A stretch of 64,000 nt of DNA from Candidatus Hydrogenedentota bacterium. Lineage in GTDB: Bacteria; Hydrogenedentota; Hydrogenedentia; Hydrogenedentales; SLHB01. The stretch covers positions 384,001 through 448,000 of the forward strand of contig CAXXTH010000017.1 in the NCBI GenBank assembly GCA_963668025.2, read 5' to 3'. Below are positions 18,182 to 26,898 of this stretch, in pieces; the first letter of the stretch is position 1, and each line of letters opens with the position of its first letter. The notes under the pieces are model-generated. The model was not told where the DNA came from, did not search any database, and saw only the letters and a list, made by a program, of their open reading frames with translations. Position numbers and translations under genes: made by a program.

Positions 18182-20129
18182 TGAGCGCTCTCCGGTCTTT
18201 CATGTCGAACAGTTTACGTTCCGCTTTCTTGTTGATCCCCAGGGCGTCGCGCTTCTTCTCGATATGGGCGCAGATCACCTCGATAGCCTTATGGACATCG
18301 GACTCGTAATGGAACTTGGCCCCCACTTCGGCCTCGAGGCCTTGCGTGAGGTATTCGGTGACATTCTTCGAGCCCATGGTGTGGAAAGGATGGCCCAGCA
18401 CCACATCCACGCCCGACGCCACGAAGTAATGGCCGATAGCCACGGCCTTTTCGCTCATCCACTCGGGGGCCGCGCCGATGGCGGGCACCTCGGAGAGGTC
18501 GTTGCCGAGTCCGCCTTCTTCAACGATGTACGTAGCGGCCATGAGAATACGGGAGTTGTCCACGCACGAACCCATATGCAGCACCGGCGGAATGCCCACC
18601 GCCTCGCACACTTCGCGCAGGCTGTCGCCCGCCATTTGAAGAGCCGTCTCGGGCGTGAGCAGCCCCGCTTTGCCGCAGGCCACCGCCGCGCAACCCGTCT
18701 GCAAGACGAGCACATTGCGCTTGATCAGCTCCTTGGCCAACGTGAGGATGTATTCATCCATCTTGCCGTGGCGCGCATTGGTGCAGCCCACGATGCCGCA
18801 CACGCCGCGAATGCGGCCCGTGATGATGGCGTCATTGAGCGGGCGGAAGCTCTTGCGGAATGTGCCGCCTAGGATGTTGAAAATCGTCTCCGTGCTGAAT
18901 CCAGCCACGAGCGGACTGCGGTGATCGGGGATGGCCACCTTTTTCGGATCCCGGTTCGGGAAATTATCAATGGCTTTCCAGAGAATCGCCTTGGCGGACG
19001 CCAGGCCGTCCTCGGGCTCGTAGTTCACCGGCTCCGCGCCGATATTCATGGCGATGGGGCTGGTGGTCAGAATCTTGGTGTGGTAGCACTTCGCCACTTC
19101 CGGCAGCGAGGCCATGCAGCACTGCACATCGGTGATCATGAGTTCGACGGCGCCCGTGATGATGGCGAGTTCCTGCTGAAGGAAATTACCCGCCACGGAT
19201 ACGCCGTGGCGCATGAGCACTTCGTTTGCCGTGCAGCAGATGCCCGCGAGGTTGATCCCCTCCGCGCCCACTTTCTTCGCGGCGGCCACCATCTCGGGGT
19301 CGTTCGCCGCCACCACCAGCATCTCCGTGAGCGCCGGTTCATGGCCATGCACGAGGACATTCACCATTTTTTCTTCGAGGACGCCCAAATTCGCCTTGGC
19401 CTTAACGGGCTTTGGCGTGCCGAACAGGATGTCGCTCACGGCAGTGGCGATCATTGAACCGCCCCAGCCATCGGCAAGGGACGTTTTGAGTGCGCCTCGA
19501 ATGATGTTTTTATAGTCATGGTCCACGCCGATATGGGTGCGGTGCAGGCATTCCACTACGGAGGCGTCCACGCCGCCCGGTGCGATTTTCATGTGGTCCC
19601 ACACGCTTTGGCGTGGCTTGGGCGCCAGTTCGAGGGTTTTCAGTTTGCCTTCCTGCAAGCGGAATTCATCCAGAAACAGCTCGGCCAGATTGCGCACGAC
19701 ATCAAGGGTGTCCACACCCGCTTCCTCGACGCCCCATGCCCGGGCGGCGGAGCGCAGCTTGCGCTCGTCGCTGATCTTGTAATCGCCGCCGTTGCCTTCG
19801 CCGACGCGCTTAAGCAACAGCACCAAGTGGCGGCCATGGTCCGAATGGGCCGCCGTGCCAGCCGCCACTTCACGGAGCAGATTGCGCGCCACGACGGTGT
19901 CCAGGGTCGCGCCGCATACGCCCGGCGTGAAGTCAGATATCTTGCAAGGCCCCATATGGCAAATGCGGCAGCACGTGCCTTCCGAGCCAAAGGTGCAGGG
20001 CTTACCTTGTTCATCCGCCCTCGAGAAAGCATCGTTCTCGACGCCGTCCGCATCGGCTTTCCTGAGCATTTCGATGCTTGCCTGATCAACGGCCAAGTCT
20101 TCGATGCGCCGCTCACGATCATCCGCCAT
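18174..20129 (-). CDS. cooS: Anaerobic Ni-Fe carbon monoxide dehydrogenase catalytic subunit
   Basis: CTFGSEGTCCRICHMGPC..VCG (D/B clusters), HSDHGRH, and C-cluster ligands HGHEP, ICCT, DVQC, VGC, TGC, GSCVDN. Overlaps the acsB start. Confidence 0.95.
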   Translation of the reverse strand: MADDRERRIEDLAVDQASIEMLRKADADGVENDAFSRADEQGKPCTFGSEGTCCRICHMGPCKISDFTPGVCGATLDTVVARNLLREVAAGTAAHSDHGRHLVLLLKRVGEGNGGDYKISDERKLRSAARAWGVEEAGVDTLDVVRNLAELFLDEFRLQEGKLKTLELAPKPRQSVWDHMKIAPGGVDASVVECLHRTHIGVDHDYKNIIRGALKTSLADGWGGSMIATAVSDILFGTPKPVKAKANLGVLEEKMVNVLVHGHEPALTEMLVVAANDPEMVAAAKKVGAEGINLAGICCTANEVLMRHGVSVAGNFLQQELAIITGAVELMITDVQCCMASLPEVAKCYHTKILTTSPIAMNIGAEPVNYEPEDGLASAKAILWKAIDNFPNRDPKKVAIPDHRSPLVAGFSTETIFNILGGTFRKSFRPLNDAIITGRIRGVCGIVGCTNARHGKMDEYILTLAKELIKRNVLVLQTGCAAVACGKAGLLTPETALQMAGDSLREVCEAVGIPPVLHMGSCVDNSRILMAATYIVEEGGLGNDLSEVPAIGAAPEWMSEKAVAIGHYFVASGVDVVLGHPFHTMGSKNVTEYLTQGLEAEVGAKFHYESDVHKAIEVICAHIEKKRDALGINKKAERKLFDMKDRRALNV

Positions 20130-20161
20130 TATCTATCCTCTCCAGTTGGCTCGCGTGCAAT

Positions 20162-20512
20162 CTACTGATTGCCCTTAGGAGCAAAGGTCTTTTCTTCGGT
20201 CGTCCATTGCATAAACTCCACGACCGTTCCCGCGTCGTATATAAAAGCGGCCACCACGTTCTCCATGGCCTGGAACGGGCCAAGAATCACGTTCTTGCCT
20301 GAGATTTCCCGTTCCAAATCATCCGTCGTGAAGGCCAAGTGCGGCTGCATGCGCAACGGGCCCGTGACGGGCGAATCGGATTCATAGCGCAAATACTCGA
20401 TTCGATACGGATGATTGCCCGGCTCCGTCACGAACACCTTCGTCTCCGCCACGTAAATCTCGCCGTCGTGTTTTTCATCCGTCGGCAGTCCCAAATGATG
20501 AAACTCTCGCAT
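20162..20512 (-). CDS. Small VOC/glyoxalase-fold protein
   Basis: Likely start MREFHHLG at 20512 (GGAG upstream). FHHLG, IEY, PHLAF..DDL and VVEFM fit the vicinal-oxygen-chelate pattern. Confidence 0.6.
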   Translation of the reverse strand: MREFHHLGLPTDEKHDGEIYVAETKVFVTEPGNHPYRIEYLRYESDSPVTGPLRMQPHLAFTTDDLEREISGKNVILGPFQAMENVVAAFIYDAGTVVEFMQWTTEEKTFAPKGNQ

Positions 20513-20616
20513 GGCTTTCTCTCCCTTAGGTACCATGGCCGTCCCAGCCATGCGCATGGGCGGGACGCCCATGCTACGGTATTCAAGATCATGAGCCGCT
20601 CTAGCAAAAAATGGCG

Positions 20617-21378
20617 TCAAGCCGCCATGTATCCGAGCATGTGTTCCGCCGCTTGGTATGCGGCGCTATTCTTGGATAGCTCGAACACAGGCGCGCCGGT
20701 GGCGTCTTGCCTGGCCACCTCGGGGTCTTCCGGCAGGCCGCCAAGCACCTTCACGGGAGTGCCCGCGAACAGCTCTTCGGCGCGGGCCAGGCAGGCCTCA
20801 TCTCGAAGCCGGTTAATCACGACACCCATGTGACCCGCCTTCATTTCCATCTCGAGGGCGAGGTCATATAGCCGCCGCGCCGTCAAAATGCCGCGCGCGG
20901 AAGGGTCGGCCACGAATACCAGCCAATCCGTTTGCTGCACGGTGCGGCGGCTCAGATTTTCAAGTCCTGCTTCGTTATCTATCACCACGGCGGGGTACTG
21001 GCCAGATAATTTCGATAGCACGCCCCGCAACACATTATTCGCGTAACAGTAACAGCCGGGGCCTTCCGAGCGGCCCATGGCGATCAGGTCGAACCCTTGC
21101 GCCTCGACCAGCGACTCCTGGATCTTCATGTCCAGCAAGTCCTGTTTGCTGACACCCCCCGCAATGCCCGCTTGCGCGATGGCCTTGGCCTCCTCGCGCA
21201 CGCCGCCCACGGTGTTCGACACCTGCACGCCCAGCAGCGCATCGAGGCACATGTTCGGATCGGCGTCCACGGCCAATACGGGGCCTTTGCCCCATTCGCC
21301 CAATAGGCGCACCGCTAACGCCGCCAGCGTGGTTTTCCCTACGCCGCCCTTGCCTGTCACCGCCAGCGTCCAGCTCAT
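20617..21378 (-). CDS. cooC: CooC/AcsF-type nickel-insertion ATPase
   Basis: GKGGVGKT, DADP, GPGCYC metal motif, DNEAGLENLSR. Confidence 0.9.
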   Translation of the reverse strand: MSWTLAVTGKGGVGKTTLAALAVRLLGEWGKGPVLAVDADPNMCLDALLGVQVSNTVGGVREEAKAIAQAGIAGGVSKQDLLDMKIQESLVEAQGFDLIAMGRSEGPGCYCYANNVLRGVLSKLSGQYPAVVIDNEAGLENLSRRTVQQTDWLVFVADPSARGILTARRLYDLALEMEMKAGHMGVVINRLRDEACLARAEELFAGTPVKVLGGLPEDPEVARQDATGAPVFELSKNSAAYQAAEHMLGYMAA

Positions 21379-22289
21379 CCCAAGATCTTCTTCATGGTTT
21401 CAGCGACGGCTTTAATATGCGCGGGCGAAGAGCCACAGCAACCGCCAATGAATTTCGCACCAGCCTTCAACAGCACCGGAACGGCATGCTCATATACATC
21501 AGGCGTGGCCTTGAACACTGTCTTGCCGTTTTCATCCACCATGGGTTTGCCCGCGTTGCCTTTCACCCAGATGGGCACATCATCGCCGCATTGGGCGAAC
21601 AACTCGGCGATATGGGCGAAAGTCTCGATGCCCGCCCCGCAGTTCGCGCCCACGAAGCTCGCGCCCATGGACTTCGCCAGTTCATAGGTCTGGAGGATGC
21701 TGACGCCCATCATGGTGAATTCATTGTTTTCACCCGAATCGAAGGTCATCGACACGCCCACCGGGAGTTCCGGCGCGCCGCGCAGGCAGCCGCGCAATGC
21801 CGCCGCCACTTCCACCAGATCGCTCTGCGTCTCGACGACAATCGCATCAGCCCCGCCATCGGCGAAAGCCTTGGCTTGTTCCGCGGCGGACGCCTCGACC
21901 TCTTCCTCGGACACTTCGCCCATCATGACGATCTTGCCGCAGGGACCGAGCGAGCCGAATACATAGGCTTTGCCCAATGCCGCTTTCTTCGAGATCTCCG
22001 CACCGGCTTTGGTCAGTTCATACGCCCGCTCCGCGATGCCGTGCTTGGCGAGTACGATGTGGTTGCTGTTGAAGGTATTGGTCAGGATGACCTGCGAGCC
22101 CGCGTCCACATAGCCCTTGGCCACTTGGAATACCTTGTCCGGCTCGTCCACATTCCACGTATCACACATCTGGCCCGGTTTCGCGCCGAGTTTCGCCATT
22201 TCGGTGCCCCAAGCGCCGTCCGTGCATAACGGGGGGAGGTCTTTGAAGTTTTCTTTGGTCAGTTTCTTCGTCGCATCAAACTGCATCAT
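21375..22289 (-). CDS. Stand-alone homocysteine S-methyltransferase domain (MetH N-terminal/BHMT family)
   Basis: DGAWGT, ILTNTF, GSLGP, ET, GANCG, NAGKP and IGGCCG (Zn ligands). No pterin or B12 domain follows. Confidence 0.85.
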   Translation of the reverse strand: MMQFDATKKLTKENFKDLPPLCTDGAWGTEMAKLGAKPGQMCDTWNVDEPDKVFQVAKGYVDAGSQVILTNTFNSNHIVLAKHGIAERAYELTKAGAEISKKAALGKAYVFGSLGPCGKIVMMGEVSEEEVEASAAEQAKAFADGGADAIVVETQSDLVEVAAALRGCLRGAPELPVGVSMTFDSGENNEFTMMGVSILQTYELAKSMGASFVGANCGAGIETFAHIAELFAQCGDDVPIWVKGNAGKPMVDENGKTVFKATPDVYEHAVPVLLKAGAKFIGGCCGSSPAHIKAVAETMKKILG

Positions 22290-22318
22290 ATGCCTCGCTT
22301 TCTTATGGGCTCCCGCCG

Positions 22319-23386
22319 TTAAAATCCGTACTTGCTCTTCAGCAGTTGGCTCGTCGCGCCGAGTTTCTGGAACACCTGCTCCGCGTCCGCCACTTCCATC
22401 GAGCCCGTGCCGCACGACGGCGTGATAAAGGCCTGTTCCAGAATCACTTGCTTGTCGATGCCCGCCTTCTGCGCTAGATTGTCTGCAAGCGTCTCAAACC
22501 TCGCCGCCAAGCCTTCCGGACTCTGTTCACGGATAGCAGGACTTGTCGGTACTACGCCCCAGGCCAGCGCGTTATGGTTGTCCATAAGATGGCGCTTCAT
22601 AGGCTCGGGATACAGGGCCACGGTTTCACCATAGTCAAATGCATCGAAGTTCAGGATATCGACACCCGCGTCCACGAGGATGGACCACTCGGTGTTGCCG
22701 CAGCAGTGGATGCCCGCGAATGCGCCTTCCAGGTGGACCGCCTCGATCACTTCGTTCAACCGCGCCACCACGTCATCGCGTTGCACGGACACGTAGGTCG
22801 AACTGCCGAAGGCCGACAAGATGGGCTCGTCAATGAAGCAGATGATATTTTCCGCATAGGGTTTGAACTTCTGGATCTGCCAGCGACATTTCATGGCCAG
22901 GGCCTTCACCACGACATCCAGGAACTCTTCGTTGTAATAAATGGCGCGCTTGTTCTCGTCCACGATGGTCAGTGCAAAACTGATGGGGCCGGTGGTTTGG
23001 CATTTGATGTACGGCAGCTTGGCCCCCAGCGATTTCACTTTCGCCTCGAGGGCGGGAATGCCCGCGCTGAACGCCGGGCTGATGGCCCCCGCCGAGCAGT
23101 CGTTCTCTTCTTCCGCCAGCATGTAGCCTTCATAAAACGCCGCCAGCTCTTCCGAGTAATCGCCCGAGGTGTCGATGTACATGCGCGACTTCGCCTCGTC
23201 GATTACGACGCGCGGGACGCCCTCGGAATACTGGATCTCCATCTGCTCGTGCAAGCCCAGCTTGGGCAATTGCGGCCAGATGGGGGCTGTGGGGATGCTG
23301 CTGAAGATCAGCTCGATGGCCTTCGCGGGGTCCGCATAAGGCAGCGAACCAATCGCCGTGGCTGTGCATTTCGCCTTGATGTCCAT
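22319..23386 (-). CDS. Short core-MetE / MesB-like methylcobamide:homocysteine methyltransferase
   Basis: 355 aa single barrel. TAIGSLP, WPQLP, K.QTTGP, FIDEP, GIHCCG, AWGVVPT, ITPSCG. Lacks the folate-binding N-half of full-length MetE. Confidence 0.72.
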   Translation of the reverse strand: MDIKAKCTATAIGSLPYADPAKAIELIFSSIPTAPIWPQLPKLGLHEQMEIQYSEGVPRVVIDEAKSRMYIDTSGDYSEELAAFYEGYMLAEEENDCSAGAISPAFSAGIPALEAKVKSLGAKLPYIKCQTTGPISFALTIVDENKRAIYYNEEFLDVVVKALAMKCRWQIQKFKPYAENIICFIDEPILSAFGSSTYVSVQRDDVVARLNEVIEAVHLEGAFAGIHCCGNTEWSILVDAGVDILNFDAFDYGETVALYPEPMKRHLMDNHNALAWGVVPTSPAIREQSPEGLAARFETLADNLAQKAGIDKQVILEQAFITPSCGTGSMEVADAEQVFQKLGATSQLLKSKYGF

Positions 23387-23455
23387 AGTTTGCTCTCCTT
23401 ACTGCTTTGCGTTTCAGCAGGGCGTCTATTATCCGAAATAGGCCCCGGGGCCCCA

Positions 23456-24259
23456 TTATACCAGCTTGGCTTCACTTCCAATGCGCGCTTTAGCGCTCTC
23501 CCACAACTCCTCAAATACGCCTCTTAGCCGTTCATCGGCGATATCCACCAGCGGTGCGCTGTCGCGGTCCGCCCGGCGAATCGTTTCGTCATACGGCAGC
23601 CAGCCCAGCACATCCTCGCCCGCGCACGCTTGCGTGATGAACGCATGGTCTTCCGGCGACGCGATTTTATTGGCGATGACCGCCACGCGCTGGACGCCGA
23701 TCTCCGCCGCCATGCGCCGCACCGCCGCTGCTGTTTCGACCGAACGCGCGCCGGGCTCCACCACCACCACCATGAGGTCCACGCCCTTGGCCGTCGCCCG
23801 GCCCAAATGCTCCAGGCCCGCTTCGAAATCAATAATGACGCAATCGTCTTTATACAGAATCACGTCCGTCATCAACGCCCGCAGCATCACGCTCTCGGGG
23901 CACGCGCACCCCGAGCCGCCGCTCTCGACCGCTCCCAACACCAGCAGATGAATGCCCCGGAATGAAGCCGATTCCTGTTCGGCGATATCCGACACATGGG
24001 GATTGAGTTTGAAAATTTGGCCGTATTGCTTGACCTTCGCGCCCGTGCGCTCCTCGATAAGGGCGCGCCGCTCCGAGAGGGGGATGATCGCGTTACGGCC
24101 TTCCAGAGGCATGCCGAGGGCCTCCGCCAGGTTCGCATCCGGATCAGCGTCCACCGCCAGCACGCGCAACCCTTCGGCAGCCGCCAAATGGGCGAACATC
24201 GCCGCGATAGTGGACTTGCCCACGCCGCCTTTGCCGCTGACCGCGATCTTGAATCCCAT
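23456..24259 (-). CDS. cooC: Second CooC-type nickel-insertion ATPase
   Basis: SGKGGVGKST, DADPDANL, GSGCACPE, DFEAGLEHLGR. Confidence 0.9.
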   Translation of the reverse strand: MGFKIAVSGKGGVGKSTIAAMFAHLAAAEGLRVLAVDADPDANLAEALGMPLEGRNAIIPLSERRALIEERTGAKVKQYGQIFKLNPHVSDIAEQESASFRGIHLLVLGAVESGGSGCACPESVMLRALMTDVILYKDDCVIIDFEAGLEHLGRATAKGVDLMVVVVEPGARSVETAAAVRRMAAEIGVQRVAVIANKIASPEDHAFITQACAGEDVLGWLPYDETIRRADRDSAPLVDIADERLRGVFEELWESAKARIGSEAKLV

Positions 24260-24293
24260 GAAGGCCCTTTCTGCTGGGCGGGATTTATAAACT

Positions 24294-24313
24294 CATCACA
24301 TCACATCACATCA
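24294..24313. repeat. (CATCA)4 perfect pentanucleotide tandem repeat in the acs operon leader
   Basis: CATCACATCACATCACATCA, 35-54 bp upstream of the cooC start codon. Confidence 0.8.
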
Positions 24314-24436
24314 ACCCAGCCTCAAAATGGTATCCCAATCATGGCGCGGCGTCAAACATATTAATTTTTGATTCCGTATTACTGGCTCGCCCTGATTTCT
24401 AGGGCTCTATCCACTGAGATCGTTGTGAGAATCAGA

Positions 24437-24609
24437 TTTTCACCACGGGGGCACGGGGAACACAGGGGAGGTGTTCTGTAGTTATTTTTCCATTGAAGCG
24501 ATGTCTCGGATATATTTAGAGGCATGAATAAAGCATAACTATTGAGCGTATTATTTTAAGCGACTGCATTTTAAGCCGCCCCGTGTTCCCCGTGCCCCCG
24601 TGGTGAAAA
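24437..24609. mobile_element. MITE-like element with perfect 27-bp terminal inverted repeats
   Basis: TTTTCACCACGGGGGCACGGGGAACAC (24437-24463) is the exact reverse complement of 24583-24609. AT-rich interior, no target-site duplication seen. Confidence 0.6.
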
Positions 24610-24715
24610 AACCTTGTTATACATCCCGTTTACGTGCGGCTTGCCCTCGCGCGGTTCATCGGGTAATGTGATGGGGCCATGTTAAAGAATAACGGCTCAT
24701 CAAAGGAGAACATCA

Positions 24716-25567
24716 ATGAAACTGAATAAAGAAATGGCGGATATTTATGTGCCCGATGGCCTGGAAATAGACCAAGCCCTCGCGCGCACCACCCATATGG
24801 CGGTTGGAGCCCATCAGGACGACCTCGAGATCATGGCCTTTGCAGGCATACTGGCCTGTTTCCAACGCCCGGACAAATGGTTTTCCGCCGTCGTGGTGAC
24901 GGATGGGCGGGGTTCCGCGCGTGATAACATCTACAAGGACTACACGGACGAGGAAATGCGGCTGGTGCGCCTTAAAGAGCAGAAAAAGGCGGCCTTCGTC
25001 GGCGAATACGCCACGCAAGCGTTTCTGGATTATCCAAGCTCCGCCGTGAAAGACGGGAAAAACAAGGCCCCGGTCGAAGATCTGCACGCGCTATTCACCG
25101 TTGCGAAGCCGGAAGTGGTCTATACGCATAATTTAGGCGACAAACACGACACGCACGTGGGCGTGGCGTTGAAGACCATCGAAGCCCTGCGACGCCTGCC
25201 CGAGGCGGACCGCCCGAAGCAGGTGCTTGGCTGCGAAGTGTGGCGCGATCTCGATTGGATGACCGATTCGGACAAGCTACCCCTCGATTGCTCGCTCCAC
25301 GAAAATCTGCAAGCCGCCTTGTTGGGCGTGTTCGACTCCCAGATCGCTGGCGGCAAGCGCTATGACCTCGCCACGATGGGCCGCCGCAAGGCCCATGCGA
25401 CCTACTTCGCCTCCCACGGCGTCGACGAGACCACCGGCCTGAATTTCGCCATGAACTTGACGCCGCTGGTGCTGGATACGAGCCTGGAGCCGTTATCCTG
25501 GATACAAGCCCATATCGACCGTTTCCGTGAAGAAGTGACCGCACGCATCAACAAACTACAAGGCTGA
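24716..25567 (+). CDS. PIG-L-family deacetylase
   Basis: AHQDDLE, VTDG.GS, R.KEQ, DKHDTH. AAGGAG RBS. Confidence 0.82.
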   Translation: MKLNKEMADIYVPDGLEIDQALARTTHMAVGAHQDDLEIMAFAGILACFQRPDKWFSAVVVTDGRGSARDNIYKDYTDEEMRLVRLKEQKKAAFVGEYATQAFLDYPSSAVKDGKNKAPVEDLHALFTVAKPEVVYTHNLGDKHDTHVGVALKTIEALRRLPEADRPKQVLGCEVWRDLDWMTDSDKLPLDCSLHENLQAALLGVFDSQIAGGKRYDLATMGRRKAHATYFASHGVDETTGLNFAMNLTPLVLDTSLEPLSWIQAHIDRFREEVTARINKLQG

Positions 25568-25585
25568 TCGTTGAATGTGAGGAGT

Positions 25586-25625
25586 AAAAAGGCTCAACGG
25601 CTAATCATCCGTTGAGCCTTTTTTT
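25586..25625. terminator. Bidirectional rho-independent terminator
   Basis: A5-GGCTCAACGG-loop-CCGTTGAGCC-T7 between convergent genes. Confidence 0.85.
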
Positions 25626-25630
25626 GCGTA

Positions 25631-26680
25631 TTATTCTGGCGCGCTTCGCGCGACCCGAAAACCGACGGCGTGATTGCCCGCGTCCGGATGGCCATTGGTG
25701 CGATAGGCCGTGCGGCAAAAATCGGTTCCGGGCTGCTGCCAGCTTCCGCCCCAGCATCCCCCCCGCAACACACGCAATTCGCCCGTGGCAGGCCCCATGG
25801 GATTCGCATCGCCCGTGGGCGGCTCCTCGTACCAGTCCTGGCACCATTCCCACACATTCCCGCTCATGTCATGTACGCCCACAGGGCTGGCGCATCGAAA
25901 ATAGCCGCGTGGCGTGAGGTAAGGGAATTCCGTGAACGCCAGAGGATTGTTATAACCGGTGATCAGATCATAATAATTCACCCGGCCAAAGGAAATCGTG
26001 TCCGAAGAACAAGCGTATTTCCACGCGCCGCCCGAACCGCCGTCCGGCAACGCCACCGAGTCGAGGCGCGTATCCCAGCCCGCCGCACGCTCCCATTCCG
26101 CCTCCGTCGGCAGGCGGTATCCATGGGGCCACGGGGTGATAGGCTCCCAGGTGGACAAGTCATAACAAGCGTCCAGGCCTTCCATTTCGCTCAACCAATT
26201 GCAGTACGCCGCCGCGCCATACCAAGTCACATGGACCACGGGGAAATCATTCATGTTCACGTTTTCACGTACGCGGACCAGGAATTCGTTGTTTACGAAT
26301 AGGAGCTGCGCATCCGCCTGGCTGGCCTTGTAGATGCGCTTGAGCGAACCGCCCGCATAGACATCGCCGCCGCTATACGACGAGCCGTCCTCGTTGGAGA
26401 GAAGGCCTTGCTGATACGCCCAGTTAAGCACCTTCGCGTATTCCGCGTTGGCGGTTTCGTATTTCCCTATGCAATAGGCATCAAGCTGGACAAAACGCGG
26501 CGGGGAGGATTGCGCCGTCCCGGCGTCATTCAGCACATCCGCCGCCCCCATTTGAAACCATCCGCCCGCCACGCCTACTATAGGAGGCGCTACGGATTGC
26601 GGCGGCAGCGCCGGACAGCCCGCCAGTAAAATGCCCGTGGCCAAAATCCCAAAAGCCCTGTGTTTCCATTGTGTGCGCAT
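25631..26680 (-). CDS. SUMF1/FGE-sulfatase domain lipoprotein
   Basis: LAGC lipobox, F.MG, IGKYET, PVVHVTWYGAAAYCNW, RLPTEAEWE, DMSGNVWEWC, RGG.W, GFRV. Confidence 0.85.
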   Translation of the reverse strand: MRTQWKHRAFGILATGILLAGCPALPPQSVAPPIVGVAGGWFQMGAADVLNDAGTAQSSPPRFVQLDAYCIGKYETANAEYAKVLNWAYQQGLLSNEDGSSYSGGDVYAGGSLKRIYKASQADAQLLFVNNEFLVRVRENVNMNDFPVVHVTWYGAAAYCNWLSEMEGLDACYDLSTWEPITPWPHGYRLPTEAEWERAAGWDTRLDSVALPDGGSGGAWKYACSSDTISFGRVNYYDLITGYNNPLAFTEFPYLTPRGYFRCASPVGVHDMSGNVWEWCQDWYEEPPTGDANPMGPATGELRVLRGGCWGGSWQQPGTDFCRTAYRTNGHPDAGNHAVGFRVARSAPE

Positions 26681-26898
26681 CGCTAATCCCTTATGTACCG
26701 GTACACCTGTATATTTTGTCTTATGGTTCTCCGCCATTGTATGCATTTAGTCTTGACCATCCAACATGCCAAGGAGCTGGGATTTGATGAGCACGACGAC
26801 AGCGCAGCTTGCGCGGGTGTTCAAGCCTCTTCCCCTCCTTCGCCAACCTTTGAGACCGGCCAATTGATGTCTCTGCCGCCCGAAAACGCATCTATCGG

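Noticed and set aside
10951-24259. Calling the organism an autotrophic acetogen from the CODH/ACS genes
   Set aside because: The methyl branch (fhs, folD, metF, acsE, fdh) is absent from this window, so the direction and completeness of the pathway cannot be established here.
24260-24715. Cobalamin/SAM riboswitch or Rex operator upstream of the acs/methionine operon
   Set aside because: No convincing B12-box, SAM-I core or TTGTGAA-N4-TTCACAA match by eye. An Infernal scan would be needed to exclude them fully.
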